A stretch of 63,757 nucleotides of DNA, filler included, from Octopus bimaculoides (Eukaryota), in assembly GCF_001194135.2 (NCBI RefSeq). It is 8 parts of 8 records of this genome, joined end to end, with 100 filler letters (N's around TTAATTAATTAA, not from the genome) between each part and the next. Parts side by side here need not be neighbours in the genome. Positions count along the whole stretch, not along the records: positions 12,270 to 14,560 come from NC_069004.1; positions 14,661 to 25,243 come from NC_068981.1; positions 25,344 to 52,397 come from NC_068983.1; 5 more parts are not named here. The stretch is one strand, 5' to 3'. The translations under genes were made by a program, and so were the position numbers. Shown here in pieces: positions 12,991-25,682 of this stretch; position 1 is the first letter of the stretch, and the number at the start of each line of letters is the position of its first letter. The notes under the pieces were generated by a model that was given only the letters and a program-made list of their open reading frames with translations, ran no database searches and was not told where the DNA came from.

Positions 12991-13820
12991 TATGAGGTGA
13001 TATCGGACTATTTATGTTTATTAAAATAATAACATATTTATCCATTGTTTAAAATTATTTCCATCAAAATAGTTACCTTGCGCAGCACTACGCCGGCCGC
13101 AGCGTTCCTGCCACATTTGTAGTGAGCCAAGGACCTTCTGAGATTCGCTCTTGATCTCAATAATGGTGTTGAAACAGCAACTTTGTGCTGTATTTTCAGC
13201 TTCGGGTAGAGAAGGAAGTCCGTAGGTGCTAAATCTGGCGAATTCTGCTAAATCTGGGTGTGGAAGCGGTACCGTGTTGTTTTTCGCGAGAAACTCATGA
13301 GTGAAGAAACCTCGGTGGCAGGGTGCACTGTCGTCGTGAAGAGTTCCCTTCTTTGCGCTCCATAGATCCGGTCGCTTTCACCGAATGTCCTCCGTCAAAC
13401 TCCTCCGATTGTCCTCCAACGATCCCCATGCACAAGCTGAAGAATTTTCTTTCCATTTCCGGGGATGACACGCATCGTAGGTCGTCCAGATCACTCATCG
13501 TCATCCAAGGACTTTCTTCCACTTTCGAAGCGCCCGTGCCACTTAAAACATTGCCCCGTGGCCATAAGCTTGCCTAAGCATGCTCAATGTCTCTGAAGGA
13601 GACTCTCCAAGTTTAACGCATAATTTCACGTTGGCTCTTTATTCCAGCTTCATGTCGCAGAATAAAGCATACACGTGATAATAAAAACAGAAATTTCGCA
13701 ACTTGCGAAGTAAATACAGCGGCATCTTTCTGCACACAGCCTCATGAAGATGACTGCTTGCTTTCACTGCGCTTGCAACTGTGTGCTGCCATCTGCTGAC
13801 GCGCTACAGAACTAGTCTGC
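12991..13820 (-). mobile_element. Internally deleted mariner element (irritans-like)
   Basis: Minus-strand peptides KWHGRFESG, SLDDDE*SGRP, LHDDSAPCH, SPDLAPTDFLLYPKLK and WQERCGRRSAAQGNYFDG. Confidence 0.85.
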
Positions 13821-13869
13821 ATGTATGTATGTATGTATGTATGTATGTGTGTGGTTTCATGCATTTTCC

Positions 13870-14160
13870 GGTCTTATGAATGTTTGCTGCGTAACCACAA
13901 TCGTCTAGACACCAGGTTCGATCCCATTGCCTGGCATCTTAAGAGTCCTTATGAGGAAAACAGCAATACAAATGTCATTTAAAGCCCGTCGGATGGACAG
14001 TAACGGGAATTTGAAAGCGACACACTGATCCACGCTGACACCGTCAGGAGAGTGTTTTTGAAATTTACACGTCCCTACGGGATACTCAGCCACTTACGTG
14101 CGTATGTACTGGCCAGGTGTATCTGTTGATTGACCGACTGGTGTAGTCATAGTCGGTCTG
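13870..14160 (+). mobile_element. Old SINE, probably related to family E
   Basis: B-box GGTTCGATCCC near 13915; TACTCAGCCACTT...GTTGATTGACCGACTGG resembles the family E 3' region. Confidence 0.4.
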
Positions 14161-14313
14161 ATAATTGACAGTCTTCAATCAATTTTTCTAACGGAGGAGT
14201 ATTTGTGCGAAGAGTCTCTCAGCTTCTCCACTGTGTATATCTTTGTACATATATACACACACATTTACACACAAACACACANNNNNNNNNNTATATACAC
14301 ACACATTTACACA

Positions 14314-14358
<45 letters not shown>

Positions 14359-14448
14359 ATACACACACACACGCACACATACACGCTCACATATATATAT
14401 ATATAGATATATATATGAAGAGTGAGAGAAGAAGAGCTACATATATAT

Positions 14449-14540
14449 TCTTTTATTATTTTACTTGTTTCAGTTATTTGACTGCGGTCATACTGGAGAA
14501 CCACCCCGAAGGGTTTTATTCGAACAAATTGACCCCATGA
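14449..14540 (-). mobile_element. SINE family A 3' end
   Basis: CTTGTTTCAGTTATTTGACTGCGGTCATACTGGAG...AAATTGACCCC. Confidence 0.75.
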
Positions 14541-15742
14541 CTTATTTTTTAAGCCTAGTANNNNNNNNNNNNNNNNNNNNNNNNNNNNNNNNNNNNNNNN
14601 NNNNTTAATTAATTAANNNNNNNNNNNNNNNNNNNNNNNNNNNNNNNNNNNNNNNNNNNNTATATGTACACGTATATGTATAGATATATATATATAGATC
14701 TATATGCATTCGAATCATATGTATTCCAGTTCCTTACAGAAAATATAACAGAAAAGTCTCATTCTTCAATTGCATGTAACATGGGCAACATGTATCTCTG
14801 CTAGTAAGAGATAATTTTCTGCTGGAATATGAAGAAGATGCAGCAATCAACTAGTGTCAACTATCTCACCAACCAAATAGACTGAATATCTAAATTTGAA
14901 CAAGAGTTTCATTATTTTGCAGTATTGTGGGCTAGGAGAAGGCCATATGAATCTACTCCAGGGTATTTTTCTCTTCAATCACATGAAAACTTGGTTTTGT
15001 TAGTTATGTATGAATAACTGAAGTGAAGTTGTTATCAAAGAGAATATGCAAGTGTATAATAATTTTTCAATTATTNNNNNNNNNNNNNNNNNNNNNNNNN
15101 NNNNNNNNNNNNNNNNNNNNNNNNNNNNNNNNNNNNNNNNNNNNNNNNNNNNNNNNNNNNNNNNNNNNNNNNNNNNNNNNNNNNNNNNNNNNNNNNNNNN
15201 NNNNNNNNNNNNNNNNNNNNNNNNNNNNNNNNNNNNNNNNNNNNNNNNNNNNNNNNNNNNNNNNNNNNNNNNNNNNNNNNNNNNNNNNNNNNNNNNNNNN
15301 NNNNNNNNNNNNNNNNNNNNNNNNNNNNNNNNNNNNNNNNNNNNNNNNNNNNNNNNNNNNNNNNNNNNNNNNNNNNNNNNNNNNNNNNNNNNNNNNNNNT
15401 TCAATCACATGAAAACTTGGTTTTGTTAGTTATGTATGAATAACTGAAGTGAAGTTGTTATCAAAGAGAATATGCAAGTGTATAATAATTTTTCAATTAT
15501 TTGTGAAAATCAATGACATTTGATCTGTATAAAATATCTGTGTTATAAATAATTTTAATGTACACTGGCCATGCTGTTAGACCACCAGCATATCAACTAA
15601 CAGGTCAAAGGTTCTCATCGCAAGCAGTGTGCATTAGCCCTGGCCAAGACAATATTGCTGGTTCAGTAATCCAACTTTATACAGGTACCATGAGATGCAG
15701 TCTGTAAGAGCATAATATAAGACAAGTATCTCACTAGCTTAC

Positions 15743-15843
15743 ATTGCTAAATTTATATCTCATAAATCTAGTTTGGAAGTGATGGCCTACAGGAGGGTAA
15801 TGGGTTCTGTTGTGCCCCAACAAGTCAGTGATTACAAGGATAT
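15743..15843 (-). CDS. Possible third coding exon of the minus-strand gene (DILVITDLLGHNRTHYPPVGHHFQTRFMRYKFSN)
   Basis: TTAACAG acceptor, phase-1 entry matching exon 2, open frame, AAT|GTAAGC donor. A competing AG lies 10 nt upstream, and an alternative acceptor lies at 15702. Confidence 0.25.
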
Positions 15844-16090
15844 CTGTTAACAACTGTTGAATAAGAAGATATTGATTATTTATTCTTCGGTGAATGTTAA
15901 GAACAAAATAGCTGACTTTCAAAATGACACTGATGAATTTATCTTGAATCTACTCAGATTCAATAACTATTTCTAGCCATTTAGAATTAACTACCAACCA
16001 GAATGTGGCAGGACATTATGAGCCTCCAGTCTAAGAGGTTAACAGAACTTTATCCAATCAATCTGTGTGACACAAAATGGTATTACTTAC

Positions 16091-16209
16091 CTTTTTCCTT
16101 TTGTTCAAGTTTTCTTTTATGTTTAATTATTTTGTGGGTAAATTTGTCTTCAAGGCTCATTGGCACTGCTTCGTGGTTTGAAGGACTTTTACCAAACATT
16201 TTATTAATA
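16091..16209 (-). CDS. Coding exon 2 of an unidentified host gene (INKMFGKSPSNHEAVPMSLEDKFTHKIIKHKRKLEQKEK)
   Basis: Acceptor ATCATCATTTGCAG, donor AAG|GTAAGTA, 119 nt. The frame is open in the phase-2 register left by exon 1. Confidence 0.6.
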
Positions 16210-16861
16210 CTGCAAATGATGATATATATTAATGTAAAGAATATGAAATATGCAGTAAATTTTCCATCAAAGTAAAGGCTTAAACAGCAGATATCAATAT
16301 TTAAAAACTTAACCCTATTTTGATCGCTATTTCTGAGTCATTACCATCTACTAAAGCAATCGAAGTGTTAAAACGAAAAAATGTTCAGCTGAAAGACGAA
16401 GAATCTCGAATGTTATTATTCCATTTTCCAAGCGAAGATCGCAAAATTAGATTTTAAACCCCTTTCGCGTAATCTTTATAACATTATTTCTAGTGTTAAA
16501 CTTTAAAAAACTGTTTGTTAGATTTACTTCATAGACTTTACTTTCACTTCATAAAAATTAATCATTGCTTTAAACGAGAAAAAAAAAGAAGTTTGAAAAG
16601 AAGAGATATTTCATTTCCACATGATTATATTTGTTATTTTGTCAACTTGATCACGTGTGATAAGTATGATATGATAAACAGGAAAACAATTATAAACTGC
16701 ATGTTGATTTTGAATGGAAAATATAAAAATCATTAGATGAAAATAACAAAAAATTAAGATATATTGAACGTAAAAGTCGAAAGTGCGTAAATAAAAAAAG
16801 TAATGAAAATCAGATCATCGCAACACATGGCAATATTTTTAGATGATCTTCAACAAATTAC

Positions 16862-16986
16862 CTTTCGTAAGTTTTTCTGTTTTCTACATCATCCACTTTC
16901 TTGTTTGCTGCAGCTAAAAGTTCGGCTACCCATATGGTAGCAACACTAGGATACGGACGTCGTACCTCTATACCTGTTGTAGACAT
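16862..16986 (-). CDS. First coding exon of an unidentified host gene (MSTTGIEVRRPYPSVATIWVAELLAAANKKVDDVENRKTYE)
   Basis: ATG in GAAAATG context with an upstream in-frame stop, 41 codons plus 2 nt, donor AAG|GTAATT, CpG-retaining surroundings. Confidence 0.55.
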
Positions 16987-18386
16987 TTTCTCGTTGTTGG
17001 AATGAAATGTTGTGGGTTTAGTAAACCGGTGTCACATGTCAAAGTGTTCTCCATGTTATCCAAGAGATTTACAGTGATTAGTATGGAATTTCTCGCCAGC
17101 ATTATCTTCTTTACTTTGTTTATTAGCATTTATTTAAAGTTCTTTGATAAGGTTCAATTTCTTTAAAAAGAAAGTTGGGTATACCTAAATAAATACTGGT
17201 CTTTTGCTGATTGATATATTTTGTCTATTGCTTTGACCTAACACCGTAACCAAACCAGATAATATGTACTGCGCTTGTATTAAGATGATGAGTAGTAGTG
17301 TGTCTTGAATAGAAGAACCTGTCTTACGATTCCAGCAAAGCCCAGAAATATAAAACCACTACGCTTATTATACAACAGTCTTTTAAATACTTTTATGGCG
17401 ATCTTTTGTTTTAGATATATATATCTGCGAAACCTAAGATCATTGGAAAGTATTTCTTCTCCCCACAATGGTGATAGAAAAAAAAAAAGCAATATTTTGT
17501 TTTCCTTTCTGTAATCCAAGTAAACCATTATATTTTTTATGCATTCCCCATCTTTTTAAAAATTACGGCGCGAATCTCCTTATCTACCATTATATTCATA
17601 AAACGTGTGTTATCATTACACCTTAAAACTCTTTTTTTTTCGTTTTGTTTTTCATTGAGTATTTCAAGTAAACAATGATATTTTTTATACATTCCTCATT
17701 TTTTGGTTATTATGCCACAATCTTCCACACTTCCCAATATAATTTATACGACAGATATACATTCAAATAATGAGGAAACAAACAAAATATATTTTTTTAA
17801 AAACCTTAGTTGGAAGGCGATTTTGTTCCAATTGTTTAGAAACCTGTATAAGCCAATTAGAGAGGCTTCTGTGGTAGCTCGGTCTGCTTGAAACAGTTGC
17901 TAGATAATCCTCTTGTCACATCCTACTGACTTTGTACATATTTTTGTATGGGCTAACGTGGGAGCCTGTACAAGTTATCTCAATCTGCTAGAAATATCAC
18001 CCATATCTCCTTTAAGCTACACTCTACTGTCTTATGTAAGTGTACATTTATGAACCAACAAATGAGACAACTGCATGGTAGCTAACTAGTTCTACTTATA
18101 GTGTGGTATTGATATGTACTTTTGACAAATAAATTATAAGCTGTATGTAGTTGTACTTTCTTAATATAAGCCACAAATGATGGGTTTCAGATGTTTGGGA
18201 ACTATACAGTTTTATTTAAGAGACACATTTCTCAACAAGGATATTATTAACCAGAAAAATCTGAGACAAATGAAATAATAATTTACATCTGAAGTTGATT
18301 CCACGTGGAAGGATTTTAATGTAGAATAACGAAAATATAACGTTAAGCACAAGGTCACAAATTTTTGTGAAGGGTTAGTTGAATGA

Positions 18387-18792
18387 ATCATCATCCTTTA
18401 ACGTCTGCTTTCCATGCTAGCATGGGTTGGATGGTTTGACAGGAGCAAGTAAGCCAGAGGACTGCACCAGACTTCACTGGCAAGTTTTTATGTCTCGATG
18501 ACCTTCCTAACACCAACTACCTTACAAAGTGGATAGAGTACTTTTTACGTGACACCAGCACTGGCGAGGTCTGTTTTGGCATGGTTTTTACAGCTGGATG
18601 CCCTTCCAAATGCCAACCACTTTACAATGTGGAATGGATGCTCTTTACGTGGCACCAGCACTGGCGGGGACACCAAATAAGTTGCAAGACAAAGATTCAT
18701 TGAGAGTGGGGGAATTTGGAGGAGGTGGCCTTGTGCCAGGTGATGGGAGGTTAGAGTGTAACAAGACAGAAACAGGTGTCTTGTTGTAGAGG
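18387..18792 (-). mobile_element. RTE-derived 3' end or SINE (family D) with (GAT)n tail
   Basis: CATCATCCTTTAACGTCTGCTTTCCATGCTAGCATGGGTTGG also occurs at 21376 and 24996. Similar UTR sequence adjoins the RTE ORF at about 20700-20870. Confidence 0.75.
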
Positions 18793-19399
18793 NNNNNNNN
18801 NNNNNNNNNNNNNNNNNNNNNNNNNNNNNNNNNNNNNNNNNNNNNNNNNNNNNNNNNNNNNNNNNNNNNNNNNNNNNNNNNNNNNNNNNNNNNNNNNNNN
18901 NNNNNNNNNNNNNNNNNNNNNNNNNNNNNNNNNNNNNNNNNNNNNNNNNNNNNNNNNNNNNNNNNNNNNNNNNNNNNNNNNNNNNNNNNNNNNNNNNNNN
19001 NNNNNNNNNNNNNNNNNNNNNNNNNNNNNNNNNNNNNNNNNNNNNNNNNNNNNNNNNNNNNNNNNNNNNNNNNNNNNNNNNNNNNNNNNNNNNNNNNNNN
19101 NNNNNNNNNNNNNNNNNNNNNNNNNNNNNNNNNNNNNNNNNNNNNNNATGTTAGTTGTTTGACTTCACAAAAATGATCCCTTCATTTATTATAAACCTAA
19201 ACGCGAGGAGGGTTATCGTAAATTTCTTGCTATCAGATGAACAAAAGCGCGTGAAAGTCATTTACATATTTTAATACCACTAATCATGATTATTAGATGT
19301 GCTGAATAATTTCAATCAACTTTTAAGTAGGTATCTCTTTTGAAACATTTTAGAAATACCGAAACAAACCAAGTAAATAATTATAAAACTTGAGTTTTT

Positions 19400-19804
19400 C
19401 TTATATTCTATGTGAATTGTAATACAAAAACGAAATCATACAACATACTGCCGCGAGTGCCACATGTCGCACAAAAAAAGTGCGAATTCGAATGGGAAAT
19501 CAAACGGGAATTGTTTCCTCGAACACCGCTGATGTTTATTTCCACATGTTAGCTGAATTGACCTTGTTTTGTGATCAACACCATGCGACGTTCAGGCAAC
19601 TGCGAAACTATAACACATTGTTTTTATTCATTATTTATCTTGATAATAATAGTCATAATTTTGAGCAAGCCAATGAATTGACTACCTTGATGGGCCCCAT
19701 TTAAATCACTCTACTTAATTTATTCTGTAAGAGGAGATGAAGGGTGAGAAGTGATCATTATTCGAGGCACGCCGCTATCAGTAAAGACAAACAAAATGTA
19801 AGTA
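19400..19804 (+). promoter_or_regulatory. CpG-retaining putative promoter or first exon ending at a consensus splice donor
   Basis: About 16 CpG in 400 bp versus about 10 in 21.4-24.4 kb (by eye); CAAAAT|GTAAGTA at 19797/19798. Confidence 0.35.
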
Positions 19805-20182
19805 CAAAACTACTGTATTTGTTGTTTGCAATACTATTAAAAATAATGATTTTTACGTTAATTACGTAAAAATTATTTTTACGTTATTAACTTTGACATT
19901 ACTTGTGTTTTTCTTATATTCTATGTGAATTTTATGGGTCACCCTTTTTTTGGAAAGGTGTAGTACCCATGACCTTCGTAGCCCTTCGGGTGTGGTGAGA
20001 TTTATATTGAAACTTTTCAAAATATTAATGCTTTGCCTATTGCAGTCAGACAAAAATTTAGATATTTTAATTTCGATTCGTAGTTGAGCCCCACTGCGTC
20101 AAACATTTGGGAGTACTTTACCTAGAATGGACACAGCCAATTCTGTTTGGGTGTGTTACTCAGAGATTACTTTGCTTTAGAT

Positions 20183-20331
20183 CAGGCGTGGGCAGCCTTT
20201 TTCGAAAAGCATGCAGCATAAAACTTAGCTCCTCATCAGGCGGGTCGCACTACTAAAAGAAATTCAAGGTAATTTCTCGTTTCGGCATGCCATTTAGAAA
20301 GTCCCGCTGGGCCGCAGTTTGCCCAAGATTG
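20183..20331. mobile_element. hAT (Charlie-like) MITE
   Basis: Termini CAGGCGTGGGCA and GGGCCGCAGTTTGCCCAAGATTG; degenerate 8-bp flanks CTTTAGAT and TTTAAGTT. Confidence 0.55.
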
Positions 20332-20699
20332 TTTAAGTTCGATACCAATTCAGCGCACGCTCACAAATACACATGCTTGCACCTCCACAATACGGAAATG
20401 TTGCATTCCTTAAATCATTGCTATAACGTAGAATTTCATAGGGTGAGACGTGTCCCTCGTTGACTTGTAACATGTAAGTTAACAGAAAATAAGCTTCTGC
20501 CCTACCCCTGTCACCCAGTATAAGCAGCTGATATCTGACCAACCCCGGGAGCGAATTCCCTGACGTCCGTTCATGATGCTTCCGGCAGGCAAGAAGAGGC
20601 CGACCCTCGTGTCTTTCACCCCACTTTCCCTCTTGCACTTCATCTTCCAGTCAGTCCCTTGACCATTGACGTCATGACTCTCTTCTTCCTGCTCATCCC

Positions 20700-21377
20700 T
20701 ACAGTTTCTTTGCTTGGATGTCCTTCCTAATCCCACCTATTTACAGAGTGTAGTGGACGCTTTTTATGTGGCGCTAGCACCCACACCAATGCTTTTTACA
20801 TGGCACCTTGGTTTTAGGATCTCAATTCTGTTGTGGTGGGCAGGTCTTCTTGAGTACAGCAATACACCACATATCTCAATCCTCAGTCATCTCCTTTGTA
20901 AGGCTCAGCATTTTGCGATCAGCTTTCTCTACTTCATCCCATGTCTTCCTCTTCCACAGCTTCCATCCATTTTAAGTGATCGGCACTCCTTTATGCAACT
21001 GTCCTCATCCATCTGCATCACATGACCAAACAGAGCAGTCTCCTCTCTTGCACATTGTATATAATTTCTCTTATGCCCAACTTTTGTCTCAATACACCAG
21101 TTTTCTGTCGCACATGCACACTGACATCATATCCAGCAGAGCATACCAGCTTCATTCCTCTCCAACTTTTGCATGTCCTCTGTATTCAGGGACCATGTCT
21201 CACTATCATGCAGCATTGCAGTTTGTATACACGCATCATACCATCTTCCCTTCACTCAAAGAGAGAGAGACTGTTGGTTGTTAACAGAGGTAAAAGCTCT
21301 CTGAACTTTCTCCATCATATTCTTATTCTTGAAATTACACTTTCTGTACAATTTCCACCATTGTTAATTAGGTCACA
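20700..21377 (-). mobile_element. Degenerate RTE-clade LINE 3' end
   Basis: WRKFRELLPLL, TAMLHDSETWSL, KLERNEAGML, FGHVMQMDEDSCIK and KTWDEV, followed by 3' UTR. Confidence 0.85.
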
Positions 21378-21819
21378 TCATCATCATCGTTTAACGTCCG
21401 CTTTNNNNNNNNNNTGGCAACCTAGGTAGCAAAAGTTATCCACTACTTCCAAAGATCTACTAGGACATTTGAGGAAATCAGTTTACTGTGTATCTGTGGG
21501 AGTATAATGCAAAGTAGTATCTGTAAGAATTTTATGTAAATAATGCTCTATCATAATAAAACAATATAAATGGTTGATCCTCCACAAGATTTTGCAATTA
21601 TTACATGCAGCAAACTTTAAGCAGTCCCCCCACCACTATTTTGAGGTTATTCTGATAAAAAAAAAATTTCTTTATATTTTTACCTTTGATCAACATTAAT
21701 GATATTCTGATTTTACCACCCCTATTTGGCTGGTTGCTTCAGGCATAAAATTAGTTTTTTTAAAAATCTTCTGCAATCACGTGTGTCAATGTAATGGTTG
21801 ACTTTAATAAAGATATATA

Positions 21820-23041
21820 CAGGGTGTAGATGGTTTTTCAGGACACATGCATTTTTAGTCATTATTTTATTTGACTAATTTTTGTTGAACTTCTATTTCA
21901 GAAAATAACTATGACAGGCCCTATGCTTACTAATGAAATGAAAGGTATACTGTGATTGTGGCTTTTGAAGGCTAAGCATGGTGATTCAGAAATTTCTCAT
22001 TTTCTGAAAGTTGCAAGATCTTTTGTCCACAAGATTCAGTATGAATTAGAGAAAGAAGATGGAAGCATATTGTCTGTATCAAAATGTACAAAACATTCCA
22101 AATACTCTGATTCTATCAAGACACTCAAATTTATTCAGGAAGTTAAGCAAAACATTGATGACAATCCAGGAAAATCAATGAGGTCAATTGCAAAAAAATT
22201 TCCTATGTCAGAAAAAAACAATCAGAAATGTTGTGCATGAAGACATCAGATACAAATTTTACATGATCAGGAGAGGTCAATTCATGTCAGAAAAAGACAA
22301 AACAAAAAGAAAGCTGCCATAGTTTGAGTCAGATCCAAAAGACTTTTGAACAAACTTAAAAATTGATCAGAAGATAGTGTGATTTAGTTTTTCACAGAAA
22401 ACTAACAGAAGAAATGACAAATGGCTATGTGCAGACCCTTCTGAGGTTCCAGGAGTAATGCACACAAAATTTGCTGCATCATGGTTTTGGGTGATGTTAG
22501 CATTGAAGGACATATGATGCCTCTTCACTTTTTTCCTTAGGGTGAATGCTGCTGTGTATATGGAGGTTCTGGATAAAGTTGTTAAGCCTTGGATCAACAG
22601 TGTATGCAATGGAAGGTCTTATGTCTTCCAACAGAATTCTGCACCATCACACAAGGCTCAAATGACACAAGAATGGATGGCTGACATCACCCCCAACATT
22701 TGGCTTCCTAATTCTCCAGATCTCAATCCACTGGGCTACTATGTATGAAGCATTGTTGAGAAAAATGTCAGTGAACACCTCCATAGCACCAAAGATTCTT
22801 TGAAAGCTGCCATAGTTCGAATCATGTCCAATATGAACAAGGACCACTGAATCCAAGCTTGTAAATGATTTTGACCCCACTTACAGGCAATTATTGATGT
22901 TTATGGTGGTTTTATTGAATTAAATTATCAAATTAATAATTTAGCTTTATGTTTGTTATTTTTATAAAAATACGTTTTTTTCTGTTATATAAGCATTTTT
23001 TTAAAACCATAAATTTGTCCTCAAATACTGTCTACATCCTG
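21820..23041 (+). mobile_element. Near full-length defective maT (DD37D, Bmmar1-like) Tc1/mariner transposon
   Basis: About 30-bp TIRs (CAGGGTGTAGATGG... and ...CTGTCTACATCCTG) with TA on both sides. Peptides NPGKSMRSIAK, FQQNSAPSHKA and WLPNSPDLNPLGYYV, with stops and frameshifts. The 37-residue spacing requires restoring a short deletion. Confidence 0.9.
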
Positions 23042-23954
23042 TATAATAAAGGTGTATAAATTGAATAATTAGGCATTTCATTTAATAAAATGGAATACCC
23101 AATTATTTGTTGGATCGGTGAACACCATTTTGAGCCTTACATCAATGAACATCAGTTTTCATACTTAATTAACAAGATGAATATGTTGAGGTTAATTATA
23201 TGTAATAAAAAGATAGAAATAGGTTGGATTTTGTTACTATATTAGTATTAATGGTTACAAAGCGATACCCATGTTTAAATCCAGCGAGGGTTGAATTTGC
23301 ATCTTCTTTTTTCATTTGTTGCATGTACCTGTAGTATTATGGTGATGAATCCATAACCTATAGGTAATAGCTGTTTTAATATAGTGTATAGGTTTGGTGT
23401 AGGTTTTTAATATAGTGAACTGGGTCTTTGTGATAAGCCAGCCTGTCAGACCTTGTTCTTTGTTTAAGAAATGCTACTTTTTGTTTGTATAATATATTTT
23501 GTAAAATTTTGTGGATATTATTTTTTTTGTGATGATACAAAGAAGCACTGTTTATGTATGTGAAAGAAAGAAAGGCCACAAGCAGTCACTACAATAAACT
23601 GAAGATGAAAAAAATTGGAAAGCAAATGTCTATGAGTGTCAGTATGTGTTTGGTGGTGACACTGGATAGATTGCAAATGTAGAGAAGGGAGACATAACCG
23701 AGCACTAATATTAAAAGAGGCCTCTAATGGAGAGCTGGTAAGAAGATATATTTGAGAATCAGATAGTTATTTTCAATATCTAAGAGACACAACACAATAC
23801 CAAGTTTTCATGATAAAAGTATTCTCTTCAAATAGTATTCAAAATAAGTGAGTTGTAAGAGAAATATATAAAATGTCGTGTTTAAGTAAAAAGCCTTTTG
23901 TCATTTTGATATTTAAATATCTATTTCAATATTTCAAAATTTTCTTTATTTTAG

Positions 23955-24017
23955 CGTTTAAAAAATCTAAACTCTGCAAAAATGAATTCCAATTATTCTA
24001 CAATTATTAGTTTGTTG
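23955..24017 (+). CDS. Candidate exon (RLKNLNSAKMNSNYSTIISLL; possible start at AAAATG)
   Basis: Acceptor TTTCTTTATTTTAG, donor TTG|GTAAGT, one open frame. Confidence 0.3.
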
Positions 24018-24477
24018 GTAAGTAATGTAATATACTCTTCTTATTCATTATTTTTATTATCTTCCATCATCATCATCATTTCTTATTTATGTAAAAAAAT
24101 TTTAATTTGATTTCTTTGCAGTTCCCATTGATTTTTTGTTTTTTAGTAATTATTTGTGTAAGAATAACTATTAGATTGACATTGGAATCTAATTCCTTTC
24201 CAGTCTTTCACTTCTATCACTATATTACAGTTCAAAATTTCTGACATACAATGCCACACCATTATTACTTAGAAGGGATATAATAGATAACCAGACAGCT
24301 AGGGTGGACATCCATCTCTAAACGTCTTCCATTGTATATTATGGTCATTATATCAACACCAGCTGCTAAGATTTCACCACAACAGATATCGCTGAAATCT
24401 CTGATTTATGAATCTGACTAGATACACTGTCTGTTTTGTCACCCCATGCTTGTTTAATTTTTACATCATCTTTCTTA

Positions 24478-24845
24478 CGCTCAAAATGGTGTATTTTATG
24501 TGCCACCCACACAAGAGCCAGTCCAGAGGCACTGGCAACGATCTCGCTCGAAAATCCTACGAAGGCCAGTCAGGCGGTACTGGCAACGGCCACGCTCAAA
24601 TGGTGTATTTTATGTGCCACCCGCACAAGAGCCAGTCCAGGGGCACTGGCAATGATCTCGCTCAAAAGTCCTGAGTCATGCCGCGGGCACAAGTGCCAGA
24701 AAGGCGATGCTGGGCACAGGTGCCATCACAAATTCGCTTTTGCTTGCCCCAATAAGTCTTCGCAAGCTGAGTTTCGTGTCCAATTTAACTCGATTTCGAT
24801 TTCACTTGCCTCAACAGGTCTTCGCAAGTGGAGTTTAGTGTCCAA
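24478..24845 (-). mobile_element. Family D internal segment with ~117-bp tandem units
   Basis: CGCTCAAA(A)TGGTGTATTTTATGTGCCACCC(A/G)CACAAGAGCCAGTCCAG occurs twice. Confidence 0.65.
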
Positions 24846-24995
24846 TATATATATATATATATTTATATATGTGTGTGTGTGTATATGTGTGTATGTATGT
24901 GTGTATATATGTATATATGTGTGTGTGTGTATATATATGTATATATATGTATGTGTGTATATCTATATATATGTATATATATATAGATATATATT

Positions 24996-25097
24996 TCATC
25001 ATCATCATCATCGTTTAATGTCCGCTTTCCATGCTAGCATGGGTTGGACGATTTGACTGAGGACTGGTGAAACCGGATGGCAGCACCAGGCTCCAAT
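24996..25097 (-). mobile_element. Family D 3' terminus
   Basis: (CAT)n followed by CGTTTAATGTCCGCTTTCCATGCTAGCATGGGTTGGACG. Confidence 0.75.
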
Positions 25098-25194
25098 GTA
25101 TATATATATATATATCTATATATATATTTGTATATATCTATATATCTATATATATATTTGTATATATGTATATATATATATTTGTATATATGTG

Positions 25195-25225
<31 letters not shown>

Positions 25226-25343
25226 TTGTATATATGTGTATATNNNNNNNNNNNNNNNNNNNNNNNNNNNNNNNNNNNNNNNNNNNNTTAATTAATTAAN
25301 NNNNNNNNNNNNNNNNNNNNNNNNNNNNNNNNNNNNNNNNNNN

Positions 25344-25399
<56 letters not shown>

Positions 25400-25536
25400 A
25401 TGCGCGCGCGCGATAAGTCTCAAATAATGGTCATTACATATTTTTCTTTATTGCAGTAAATTTGACTTAAAGCTCTTTCTTGTTATAACCTGAAATGACT
25501 CTGACGAAAGTATCATTAATTTTCTCTGTCATTCAG

Positions 25537-25682
25537 TTTTTCTCTGCTGGAAACAGTTGTATGTCAAATTTACGGCAGTAAAGAATATTATTCATTGTCC
25601 ACTATTTATGCCTATTTTTGTATATCACTCTGTGTAAAAACCAGTATAACTGGAACAACAGGATGGATTCTCAATATAGAAT
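25537..25682 (+). CDS. Candidate internal exon with a hydrophobic peptide (FSLLETVVCQIYGSKEYYSLSTIYAYFCISLCVKTSITGTTGWILNIE)
   Basis: Acceptor TTTTCTCTGTCATTCAG, 48 open codons in AT-rich DNA, donor ATG|GTAATG. The phase does not link directly to 23955-24017. Confidence 0.3.

Noticed and set aside
14974-15501. Exact 102-bp direct repeat flanking a gap
   Set aside because: Identical contig-end overlap; an assembly artefact.
20185-20240. Minus-strand CUGAUGA...GAAA hammerhead-like string inside the hAT MITE
   Set aside because: No valid stem I and no correctly placed NUH cleavage triplet.
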